A stretch of DNA of 63,015 nt, counting the filler, from Asterionella formosa (lineage: Eukaryota), in NCBI GenBank assembly GCA_002256025.1. It is 12 parts of 12 records of this genome, joined end to end, with 100 filler letters (N's around TTAATTAATTAA, not from the genome) between each part and the next. Parts side by side here need not be neighbours in the genome. Positions count along the whole stretch, not along the records: positions 1 to 5,168 come from NKIB01013185.1; positions 5,269 to 10,438 come from NKIB01013187.1; 10 more parts are not named here. The stretch is one strand, 5' to 3'. This document shows, one piece after another, positions 1-10,538 of the stretch (its first letter is position 1; the number at the start of each line of letters is the position of its first letter). The position numbers and the translations under genes were made by a program. Under the pieces are notes generated by a model. The model had not been told where the DNA came from, searched no databases, and saw only the letters and a program-made list of their open reading frames with translations.

Positions 1-279
1 TCCACCTCCACCTCCACCAATAACTCTGATGAACATCGTTAGCTTTTCATTGAGTCTTTGCGGCGCGCAGTTCCTACAAACCAATAGTAGCTGCAATCAA
101 AAGTTAAGATCGCAATCGTATGAAATATTAACAACAAGGAATGGCAGATTTACAAATGTGCCTCTACCAAAAAATCTCGTTTAAAAAAATCAATATGAAA
201 TATCCAATACCATGCATTCATGGATAGCATAGAGTTTTAATCTCCTTCAAAGAATCCAAGGCTGATTGTCGATGACGAT

Positions 280-2050
280 GTCAGTCCTCTTCTCGGCATA
301 ACAAGCCGAATTTCAATAACCTGTGGATTTTGTGATGAAAGAAAGTATATTGAACCTATAATTTTCAAAAACTAAGAAGTAATTCATGAGAAAGGCAATC
401 AATTGGTACACTTTGCAATCAACAACTTGATTGTTCTTGGTTGTCACGAAGCAGGAATGGGTCTGGCAAATGCTAGTTTAGTAATATGCTCGTCCGTTTC
501 CTTCCCTTTGCAAAGTGGTTACTGGAGCAGGAAGGGAAAGTTCAATCATCTGGAGCAACGAATAGGTGAAGTAAAAATAGATGTTACATTGCAATCAATG
601 AGAGAGGTAATGAATGAGGAGGTCTTACTCTGGATGTACATGAACGTCATGCTTGTTCCGATATTGGGAAAGACTATTATTGGTGGATAAATATTCTAGC
701 GAAGCACGCGTGATCCCAGAAAACATGCCAAGACTAACAGTAAGTCTTGATATGGGCTGGCAGCAGCGCTCCAGCGGTAAAAAATATAATTCGAATAGCA
801 GGCATCATGTTTTTGATATGGGGGCTAGTCGAATAAGATAGTAGATTACTGCGTAAAAGCTAAGGTATGAAACACTTGTGACTATGCCGCCCGGCGGTTT
901 GCGTCAGTCGAACCTCATTTTCGCCCTAAGAATCACCTATTGGGTAGTTCCAAGTAAATGGAATCTGATGCCATGGTAAATATGATGATCAAGGCAGTGG
1001 ATAAGTATCAAGTCTTCTACACGAGTACCGGTACAATGCTTTGTGATGACAATTCAATTATTAGAGCTAACTGCAAATGGTCTTAAAAGGATTTACTGCT
1101 ACAAAATCCACTGTTTGAATGACCAAGAAACAACAACGGCGAAAAAAGGCAAACCAAGGCTATCTTCATTGCACGTCAAAGAACCGGGTTTTCTCTTGGA
1201 CCCCTCCCGCCACCAAGTTTGCGTCTTACTACGCCCCTGTATCTTGAAGTCGAGAGGCCAAAAATGCAACGAGAGAAAATCAAAAGCCGATTTCCTGAGA
1301 CTGAAACTCTATTATAGATGCTTCATTAAAAAGAATCGAGACAAAACATTTGGATTTCTGCGCAGCATCACTGGCGCCAATCCACCACATCTTCAAAACA
1401 CTCACAATTACTGTAATGCCGAATGGTGCCCTATGAAGGCAAACAAAATTGTTAGTACAGGGAAATATTGGAACATCGACAACATCAAGGAAAATTTCGA
1501 TAGTCTACTAGTTGAAAATGTTGGCAAAAGAGTGGAAGGTGAGAAACCCAAAGCATCACATCACCATTCGATATGCAAATGAATGAGGCGATGAACAATG
1601 TTGTTGGCAGACGTTATCCAAAAGGCAAAATATTTGCTAGCTCCGGAAGCCTGCTCTATCGAGTAGCATCAGTAGCAGGACAGCACACAAAAGGCGCTGA
1701 TAAATACAGGTCAGAAATATGTGGAAAATTGGGAATGACAATGTCAACCCAACAACAAAACTTTTGGAATCAACGTCCAAAAAAACAAACAAGTGATGCG
1801 GAATACAAGAGAAAACTCACAAGGAAACGAAAACGAAAATAAAGCAAAGCGAGACGTAGTGCCTGATTCGAAATAATTCAACAAGAAAAGACCAAAAAGA
1901 AAAGGGGAAAAACTCATGTGAGGAATTAGGCATAGCAATCACCATGGATGCTGAAATAAGGCAGTGTTGAGCCTCCTACCGCCAAGAAGTGCAAACATTG
2001 TGAATTAACTGATCACTTGAGAAGGAAAATTGCACAATTTCCATACAAGA
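280..2050 (+). mobile_element. Degenerate Mutator-like (MULE) DNA transposase pseudogene
   Basis: Motifs appear in family order across frameshifts and stops: LTVSLDMGWQQRSSGKKYNS (~735-800); VDYCVKAKV*NTC...HFRPKNHLLGSSK*MESD and LCDDNSIIRA (frame from 841); HLQNTHNYCNAEWC; NEAMNNVVGRRYPKG...SLLYRVASV. Confidence 0.75.
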
Positions 2051-2249
2051 ACAGCAAAGTGCAAGCAACTTCTCGTGTTGATGTCATACATGAAGCTACT
2101 GATAGTACTGATTTACTGATGCATCTAACACATGTGGTTCAAGTGTGACTGGCGCGATCTTACAAGACCAGGATACTCCAACCAATCTGGAGCAGCCAGT
2201 TGAGTAAATCCAATTCAACAAATCAGAATATGTGTATTACTAGTGACGC

Positions 2250-3520
2250 GGGAACTTACCATGGAGTCTTTTGGGACAGAGAATTATGCATGCAAATATA
2301 CCTACACAATACTCCTAAGTCTCTGATAACATTTATGCACATACAAATTCCGATTCCAAAATTTTGGCAACTGTTGGAAAAGCCAATTGAGTCGACCTTT
2401 TGGAGGAGGATTGATTTACATCTGTAGGGTTTCATGAAAATTAAAATAGATAGCCATGATCCCTATATGAATTGCAATTAGGATTGGGATATAACCTCTT
2501 GAACTTTCTTGTCCCCAAGAATGAATTGACCTTTCACCTAGATCCAATGCCTCTTTAGTAACTGATATAGCATTTCTTCTTGTTATTATAATTTTCCATT
2601 TCTCTGGTTGACAAAGAATCACAATGTTTTCAACTCCAATAACATCCTTTTCTAGCTCTTCTTCTGAGTTTTATTTGGGAGGAGATTGCAAAAATTTGTC
2701 TCTGCCTATGGTTAAGTTGCATTTGGGATAAGATTGCAGCAAATCGTCTTGTGCCTATGGCATCATCATTGGGAAAGGTTTGCAACAAGTGAGTACCCAG
2801 ATCATCCTTGTTGTGCATTTCATCTGAGCTGTTGCAGCGAACGTGGAAAGACTACTCTTTTCTCTCATGTTTTCATCATCATCGCTGGTGATGTTGTGGT
2901 CACTGGTTTCCGCTCAATCATTTTTAGATGGAGCTTAATCACTGTTGCTAACATCAGATCCTTCCAAAATTTCTGCAAAGCAGTGTGAAAAGTCACAGCC
3001 TCTCAATGTGGTGGCACAGGTTCTGAAAACTTGTGACGATGTCAAATCAAAGGAGCCAGCCAGAATCATCAGGGTCATCAGGATCATAGATCAAGTCATA
3101 AATGGATCCCACAGAAGGCCACCAGCTTATGATATGTAGTGCGCTTGTGGAATGGAAAATCATTAAAAGCCGCAATCACCTTGTAGGAATTATATTTTTA
3201 ATGATGACCGGACCTGTATTTGCAGGAAAGCGAGGCAAATTTGCAATTATCCTCTAATGAGTACGATGTGAGCACACTATTCCATATGAGTTGTACAGTA
3301 CTCTTATTAGCATCTGACCTACTACACGACAACAATTTAACTGTTCTTGTCACCAAAACAGCAAGCCGGCTGCCAATTTCATCACTTCTGTTGGGTACTC
3401 TTTTGAGATTCTGTAAGCCGTAATTGAGAATCATTTGACGCTCTTCTACTGAAAAATCCCTCTTCCTATCCTTCTTAAGATTGAGTTGCGCCACGAAGGG
3501 GGGGGGGGTCAGGCATCTGC
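2250..3520 (-). mobile_element. Possible highly decayed Tc1/mariner-like transposase N-terminal remnant
   Basis: Minus-strand fragments RKRDFSVEERQMIL...RLAV...STVQLIW (HTH-like) and KGRLNWLFQQL. No DDE catalytic region was recognised. Confidence 0.25.
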
Positions 3521-5168
3521 ATTTTGCTCGAGATGGGTGGGCTAAAGTGAAAAGCCGAAAAAGGTTTTTTTGAAATTGAGTTGCCAATGTCAAATTAAAT
3601 ATAGGTATTGATATTAATATACATATTTTGATAGCTTTTTGGATGGCGCACCACATTAGCACGGTCAATTGAACTGGAAAAATCTTAGGAATTAGAATTG
3701 CCCCGGAGAAGATTTTTAAGTCACTCAACTGTTTTCAACCAGTGGGAGTACCAGGTACCTGGACTGGTTGCCGGTAGGTGAGGTGAGCGAGCGATGCTAT
3801 GGGCCATTCTTATCATTTTTCATTGAGTATCACTTCATTTGAAAATGTATCAGCAACGGTAACTCGATTTGAACTGAATTTCCTCCATTCTCCACATAAA
3901 ATTGTATCACCAAATTGTTTCAGTGTGTATTGATTTGTTCCAGCAATACCTACAGCTATGACTACTATTAATACTGCTTCAACGATACTCTCATACAACA
4001 TAAGGGCTAGCAGAAGTGGTGTGAGGGGAGGATTTGAATTATAAACGCCATTCAATTGCAGTAGTTGTGTCGACATTTTCATGTTGGGCTGTGATGCTGA
4101 TGTTGATTTTTTGCAACAGCTATTCGATTTAAGCTGGAAAAATTCATTCTCAAAATAAAATTAATATCACCCAAAAGTATCACGAATATTCAACGGTTAC
4201 AGGCTGGCTACAATCATATGCTGTTCCTTCTAGACTATTTTGATAATTAGCTAGTGATCAAATCATGTAGGAAATCTACACGTATCATGTATTAGTGTAG
4301 AATCTATTGTCGATAGTAGCTACTGGTACTTTAATCTACTGGTATCTTCACTTAAATACCGGTAGTATATAAGGGTATGGAATCTTTATTTCTAGTCTAC
4401 CGGGTATACCGGTCCTTCAATCCATGTACAAGATTCATCTGTTCAATTCTCGACTCTATCATGGTTTGTTTTTGTGGCATATGCTGTTGCTACAGATGGC
4501 CGCCATTTTTTGGAAAATGTGATACGAGGTCGATTTTTGATAAAAACACATTTTCTTCTTCTTGAATTTTCGTACTTCGGAGTTTCCATCAACACCTGGT
4601 GCTGCTTGGATGCACACACAGTAAAAATCTTTTTTGTAAACCGGTATGTCATTAAATTCAGTGCCGTACAGACGGTTTTTGGTTATTTTATCAATGGCAA
4701 CGGAAATGACACTCGTCTGAATCTGCCAGTATCACTGATACCTTCTTTGGAGGGGGTCGAAAAGGAATCAATTTGGTATAAATGATACCACTAGGGTAGC
4801 CGTTGCTGACACCCAAAATTGATTGACTTTTTTTGCTCGAAACACGGAAATGATACCAAAATGTGCGAAAAATGCTAAAGGGAATACAAGCCCGAGGTGG
4901 ACTCATGCCTGCAAGTAGTATACATGTGTTCGAGGCTGGGTGGCGCGAGTAGTTGACTGTACAAGTGGCGCCCCCAGCGCTTCAAGAAGGTCACCCTATG
5001 AGTGTCATCCCAGCCAAGTACACATGTGTACGAGAAGGCAAGTAGCCACCGAGAAGTATATTGTTGAGGCAATTCACAACCTAGCCATCGTCACGCCATT
5101 CGCTTACCTACTGCCCACAAGTAAAGCATAACTGTCATTTTTAGGTTGCTATTACCCATCGAATAAAA

Positions 5169-5268
5169 NNNNNNNNNNNNNNNNNNNNNNNNNNNNNNNN
5201 NNNNNNNNNNNNTTAATTAATTAANNNNNNNNNNNNNNNNNNNNNNNNNNNNNNNNNNNNNNNNNNNN
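5169..5268. other. Artificial contig linker (44 N + TTAATTAATTAA + 44 N). Identical linkers at 10439-10538, 15705-15804, 20971-21070, 26235-26334, 31499-31598, 36762-36861, 42017-42116, 47269-47368, 52519-52618 and 57768-57867
   Basis: The same 100-nt spacer, with stops in all six frames, occurs 11 times. Segments between linkers are 5170, 5166, 5166, 5164, 5164, 5163, 5155, 5152, 5150, 5149 and 5148 nt, i.e. sorted by size. Confidence 0.98.
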
Positions 5269-5431
5269 CAGCCATACCGGTAGTAAGTGGTGTGGTATTG
5301 CCCAGAGTGTTCGGCCGTATGTATCGGTACTAGCTCTCAACTTGCGAGCTGTCACTCCTGCAGCAGAGACTGCTATCCTCCATGTTGGAACGAAATATCG
5401 ACAATAGATCCATCAATCAAACAGATCCACC

Positions 5432-7645
5432 ATGTCGGGGGCCAGGAAACTTCAAAGTAAGTCTATCTGATGTGACTCGGAAGAAGAACCAAGGAAAACT
5501 GACGGAAAACGGGTTTGGACGCGGGGCGCTACTACTTTTGCAGTCGCTTCTACGGCCATTAGTTACTAGGTGCGAAAGAGTGCTGCTTACCTCCATCTAT
5601 CTCCTATATATACACAACCAACAGCCGAGATCGAGAGAGTAATGAAAAAGGTAGACGAGGGAGTGGAGCTCTTTGATGATACCTGGGACAAGGTGTACAC
5701 TGCCGAACAGCAGAACCAAAAGGAAAAGTACGAAATGGATTTGAAGAAGGAGATCAAGAAGCTGCAGCGGCTTCGAGATCAAATCAAAACCTGGATCGGA
5801 TCATCTGATGTCAAGGACAAGGATCATCTGATTGAAGCACGAAAGCTCATTGAGACAAAGATGGAACAGTTCAAGGTTTGCGAGAAGGAGACAAAGACGA
5901 AGACATATTCAAAGGAAGGTCTCGCGAGAGAATCGAGAATGGATCCTCACGAGCAAGCCAAGCACGAGACAAATATTTGGATTGGAGACCTTGTTGAGAG
6001 ACTTGCTCAGCTTGTTGAAGATCGTGATGTAGAGATTGAAAGACTCATGTCTGGCAAGGGACGAAAAACGAATAAAAACATCATCGAACAATACCAGGGG
6101 TACGTTCTAAACCACAAGTATCATATCAGCAAGCTTGAGGGCATTATGCGCCTCGTTAACAATGATCGCTTAGATGTGGAAGCTGTCAATGCCTTGCAGG
6201 AAGATCTTGATTACTACGTTGATTCCTACGAGGACGAAGAATATCAACAACAGTACGACGAAGAATTCTTTTATGAAAGTCTGGGGTTAGACGAACTGGA
6301 TATTGTAAACGTGGATCGCGTAACACAAGCGGTGGCACCAAAATTACCAGAGGCGGAAGAAGAAGACGATCAAGACACCAAAGATGGAAAGAAGGACAAG
6401 AAGCTGAAACCGAAAGGGGCTGTCGGGGCTATTCCACTTTCGATTGGTCGAGCCAAGGTTGCCACAGCAAACGAGATCCCTAAGGTTCCCGAGAAGCCTC
6501 CCGCAAAGATTCCCCAATCATCCCTTCATTCGAGTTCTAATAGCGTAGCCAGTAGTGGCAACAACTCTGGACCAACGCTGGGACCTGCACCAACGCCTAG
6601 ACCGCCAACGTCAGTCCTTGCTGGTGGAGCAAGTATGGCTGCTATCCTCAAGCGTGAAGGCGAGCAACAGGAGAAGAAGCGACAAGAGGAAGCATTGCAA
6701 CAGCAACAGGTAAGAATAAAAAAATCACCTATGCCACCCTTACATTTGGACTTAATCTCAACTCTGTCTTAGCTCCTTCGGGAGCAGCAAGCTCGTCAAC
6801 AAGCGGAGCTTCTGCGCCAACAACAACAGCTGCAACTTCAACACGAAGAGCAGTTGCGACAGCAAGAAGCGATTCGTCAACAGCAACTGCAGCAGCAGCA
6901 GCTGCAGGCCCAGCAGAAAGCAGCAGAACAAGAAGCTCTGAAGCGCCAACAGCTACAAGAGCAACAAGCTCGTCAGCAGCAGGAAGCGGCGGTCAAGCAA
7001 CAACTTCATCAGGCGCAACAGGTCGCACAGCAAAAGGCTCAGAGCCTGCAACAACAACAGCAACAGCGTCCTACCCAGCAAGGTGGTGCTCTTGACATTC
7101 TTTCTTCTGGCTTGGGTAGCCTTTCGCTTGGAACTCTGGAGCTTCGTCCGGATACAAATAGCTCTCCTTTGCATAATGCGGTTACCCCCCAACAGCAACT
7201 GTCTGGCCAGGTTGACGCGAATTACTTATCTGCCATTAACGAGTCCTTCGCGCATATGCCAACAGGAGCTGACAGTGAACGCCAACGTCAATACATGCCT
7301 CGCAATCCCTATCCGACTCCTGGATCTTACCCTGGCTCTCCGTCTCCAATTTTCGACAATCCTGCCATCTTTGAAAAGCTCGGAACGGATTGCTTGTTTT
7401 TCATCTTCTACTATGCCCAGGGAACTTACCAGCAGTATTTGGCCGCGCGCGAACTCAAAAAGCAAAGCTGGCGGTATCATAAAAAGTACATGACTTGGTT
7501 CCAGAGGCACGAAGAGCCAAAAGTGACCACCGATGAATACGAACAAGGTACTTATGTCTACTTCGACTATGAAACCGGATGGTGCCAAAGAATCAAGGCT
7601 GATTTTCGCTTCGAGTATTCGTTCCTCGAAGATTCCTTGCAGTGA
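5432..7645 (+). CDS. NOT3: CCR4-NOT complex subunit Not3/Not5 (CNOT3). Exons 5432-5456, 5625-6709, 6773-7645
   Basis: Splicing GTAAGT...ACAG (5457-5624) gives the conserved N-terminus MSGARKLQTEIERVMKKVDEG. A phase-0 intron at 6710-6772 joins the two long ORFs. Not3 N-terminal coiled-coil domain, Q-rich linker and C-terminal NOT box (LFFIFYYAQGTYQQYLAARELKKQSWRYHK...YFDYE) are present. Confidence 0.95.
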
Positions 7646-8023
7646 AAACTTAAGAAAATTTTTATCTTATTGTTTGCTAGTTCACCAGCCTACTAGCCAA
7701 TGGTGAAAACTACACACGCACTTATGCCCACCTTATTAATGCTGGACACAAACTGCAACATGACGATTCTTGAGCCACGTGCAACATCCTAGCCTGGAGA
7801 AACAAATGTCGAAAACCTTAGTTTTAGTGGTGCACCTTGGAAAAACCAGTTTATTTTAGATCGACAGACTACTCAAAGGCCACCGTCATATTTCTAGCAC
7901 GAGGCAGAGAAGAGGAAGAATAGATACAATGTACACAGTAATGCATGAAATTTTCTGAACCCTCTTGATTGTCAGAACCTACAGTCATCCACTTATATGA
8001 CTCCCCAGTACTTCGTTGATGTG

Positions 8024-8500
8024 CTATCCAACCCACTTGTGATCACAGTTGCAGCAAACAAAAATCAGCGCCAAGGTATCTGAACGTGCATCCGACGTAT
8101 CAGACTGAAAAAATACGGCTTCATGGTGTCCACAACTGGCGCAATTAATGTTTTGCGACCTCGCAAGTGTGGGATCGTCACTAACTGCCGAAGGTACATT
8201 GTTCAGCACATTCCCGACTTCCTTTTTGAGTAAGTTTCTGTAAATGAGAGGTTGTGTAGACTCTTCCGTGTACCTGCAGCGTCGACATGCGTATCTGAGC
8301 GTGCGAGTGCGCTTGTCTTCTTGAGGATAAAGCATGGAAGAGTCGTGAGGACAAAATCGCATCAAAAGGGCTGTGTCCTGTGATTGGGGCTGCTCGTCGT
8401 CTCCCATATCCAAAATGTCGTCGTCTTCGTCCTCCTGCTCGTACATGGCGGCATCTTCGTGCTGCTGTTCTTCGTCGTCGTCGTTCCAATTATCGGCCAT
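8024..8500 (-). CDS. RPB9: RNA polymerase II subunit RPB9 (POLR2I) with acidic N-terminal extension
   Basis: MRFCPHDSSMLYPQEDK...YACRRC, DPTL motif, CASCGHHEAVFFQ...LIFVCCNCDHKW. First in-frame ATG is at 8500. Confidence 0.92.
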   Translation of the reverse strand: MADNWNDDDEEQQHEDAAMYEQEDEDDDILDMGDDEQPQSQDTALLMRFCPHDSSMLYPQEDKRTRTLRYACRRCRYTEESTQPLIYRNLLKKEVGNVLNNVPSAVSDDPTLARSQNINCASCGHHEAVFFQSDTSDARSDTLALIFVCCNCDHKWVG

Positions 8501-8615
8501 TGCGTTTGCCCACAGGGATGAAGTGATGTAATTTTGGAAGGCGAGGTTGTGGCTGATAGCAATCAAGTTGCGGTCATCTTGGTTAAATAGACAATTTAAT
8601 TTGAGATAAAAAGAG

Positions 8616-10337
8616 CTAAATCTTTAGTTGAACAAAATTGCTGTAACTTGCAGGTACCAGTACTATACATAGGTTACAGTGTTTATGCAATTGGAATGGT
8701 CCGACTAGACTACAAGCAAATACCGGTACAGGCGCGCATATGCCCGTATATAGCTGTGTAGTGGGCCGGTATAAATAAACCGGTATGTAGTACCCTGGTA
8801 TCAGGTACTGGTAACGTGGCAGCCACTGAGAAAATGGTATCATGAGAGATTTGCTGGAAATAGAAAATACATGTTTACGATAAAGCGAAAGCCCTTGTTC
8901 TATTATTCGATTAACCGCATCCCCAAGGCGTCGAATGTCGTCAACCACTACATGTCGGCCAAAGCTAATCCTAACCCCAAGGATTTGATCTTTCCATACA
9001 AAAATGGGCACTTCAATTGAGTATTCAGTCCACAGTTTCAACACGAGATGATGTTTGAGTTGCTTGAGCTGTTGTGAGATCACAAGATCACTTACAGTAA
9101 ATCGTGCTGCTGCCAAAATCTTGGAGGTTGGAAGTGGGATTGCTAACATTGGAACAACTACTGATCCGCCGAACTCACAAGTTGTTGTGTCCCATCGATG
9201 CACTTCGTTGTACGGCAAAGCCCATGCTACGGCAAGACTGGATACTGCATACTCCTTTAGAGCGCCTGCATGCTTTTGAAATTGTGCTTCATTCTCAAGG
9301 ACAAGTTCGAGACAATGTGGTAACACCAGAATATTTTCGTACTCACGTGTGCTTTCATCATAAATGCCTTGCGTCAAATGGTCAGTCAAGTACCCCGGTT
9401 TGGATGCGTCCAGATACATGTTTGTGGTGTCACAATTGTCTTCTACCCAACCCCCTTGTATCACGAGCTTCGACATGTCAATAAACGATGAATATCTTGA
9501 TTGAATGTCCTTTTTATTGACCCAAAGTCCACCCGATGCACCGCCACGGGGTACATTGATCCATTTGTGCAGCGTGAACGCATAGAAGGTTGCCATAGTA
9601 TCTTCCACTAAGATGGCATGTGATGGCAAAGCGCCAGGAACATGTGCTCCATCCACCAAGGTTGGAATATGCAGTTCATGACACATCTGACATATGCTAT
9701 TGATTGGATACAAAACAGTTGGTTTGGAGGAAATGTGATCAAACACTGCTAGTTTGATTGTATTTCCAGCGGCGACTTCCCGCTTTACAGCTGCTTGAAA
9801 GTTGTAAAAGATTTCATGTGAATTGCTCCCAATGGAAGTTTCTACTTTTACCCAACGCAATTGCTTTTCAGCAACAAGGTGAGAAATTGCATCGACCAGA
9901 GAGTGGTAGATTGTATCCGTCGTTAAAATGACGTCGCCTTCTCGAAGGTTTACTGACGCCAATACCTGAAAGAGCGATGAAGATATGGGAGCGAACACAA
10001 CGCCATCTCGTTGTTTAAATATTTTCAAATAGTCGCATAGTCTCGCTTTCGAGCGTTGTACCAAAATGGGGACTAGCGAGCGATGATAGACCATGGGGTT
10101 TCGATAGCAGAGGTCCGTGTAGAATTGACGAAGCTTGAGAGTCGACGGATATGGGTCTCCAAAACTGCCATGATTGAGGTAGGACATGGAGGATCTTTCT
10201 GAAATTTGTTTTTGATCGTCAGGATCATTCTTGAGGGATAATTCGAAGGCGTATACTTCCGACAGCAAGGATTGAATGGAAGGCGGAGCCCGATGATGAG
10301 CGAACGATCTTTCGTTCCATCCTTTCTTCTCCTTCAT
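8616..10337 (-). CDS. PLP-dependent aminotransferase class V enzyme (L-cysteine desulfhydrase / Egt2 C-S lyase / isopenicillin-N-epimerase-like)
   Basis: YLNHGSFG, VFDHISS, LVDGAHVPG, FYAFTLHKW (PLP lysine) and C-terminal VRISFG. The last ~85 codons do not look domain-like. Confidence 0.85.
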   Translation of the reverse strand: MKEKKGWNERSFAHHRAPPSIQSLLSEVYAFELSLKNDPDDQKQISERSSMSYLNHGSFGDPYPSTLKLRQFYTDLCYRNPMVYHRSLVPILVQRSKARLCDYLKIFKQRDGVVFAPISSSLFQVLASVNLREGDVILTTDTIYHSLVDAISHLVAEKQLRWVKVETSIGSNSHEIFYNFQAAVKREVAAGNTIKLAVFDHISSKPTVLYPINSICQMCHELHIPTLVDGAHVPGALPSHAILVEDTMATFYAFTLHKWINVPRGGASGGLWVNKKDIQSRYSSFIDMSKLVIQGGWVEDNCDTTNMYLDASKPGYLTDHLTQGIYDESTREYENILVLPHCLELVLENEAQFQKHAGALKEYAVSSLAVAWALPYNEVHRWDTTTCEFGGSVVVPMLAIPLPTSKILAAARFTVSDLVISQQLKQLKHHLVLKLWTEYSIEVPIFVWKDQILGVRISFGRHVVVDDIRRLGDAVNRIIEQGLSLYRKHVFSISSKSLMIPFSQWLPRYQYLIPGYYIPVYLYRPTTQLYTGICAPVPVFACSLVGPFQLHKHCNLCIVLVPASYSNFVQLKI

Positions 10338-10538
10338 TGTTCTAGGTCGTGTTGCCCCTCGACTAGGTTTATGGTTGATGGGTCAAATGATTTGGTTGAC
10401 TAGTGAGCAAATCGAATCTCGAACTGCCATGACAACGANNNNNNNNNNNNNNNNNNNNNNNNNNNNNNNNNNNNNNNNNNNNTTAATTAATTAANNNNNN
10501 NNNNNNNNNNNNNNNNNNNNNNNNNNNNNNNNNNNNNN

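Noticed and set aside
4930..4980. 7SL/SRP Alu-domain resemblance (GGTGGCGCG...CCCAGC)
   Set aside because: The similarity is too short and no S-domain helix was recognised.
5213..5224. Regularly spaced TTAATTAATTAA as a biological repeat or piggyBac target
   Set aside because: It is always centred in an identical N-padded 100-nt spacer, so it is an assembly linker.
5597..7588. Antisense and alternate-frame ORFs overlapping NOT3 (likewise over IleRS, CNNM, the ankyrin gene and copia RT)
   Set aside because: These are shadow ORFs of real coding sequences.
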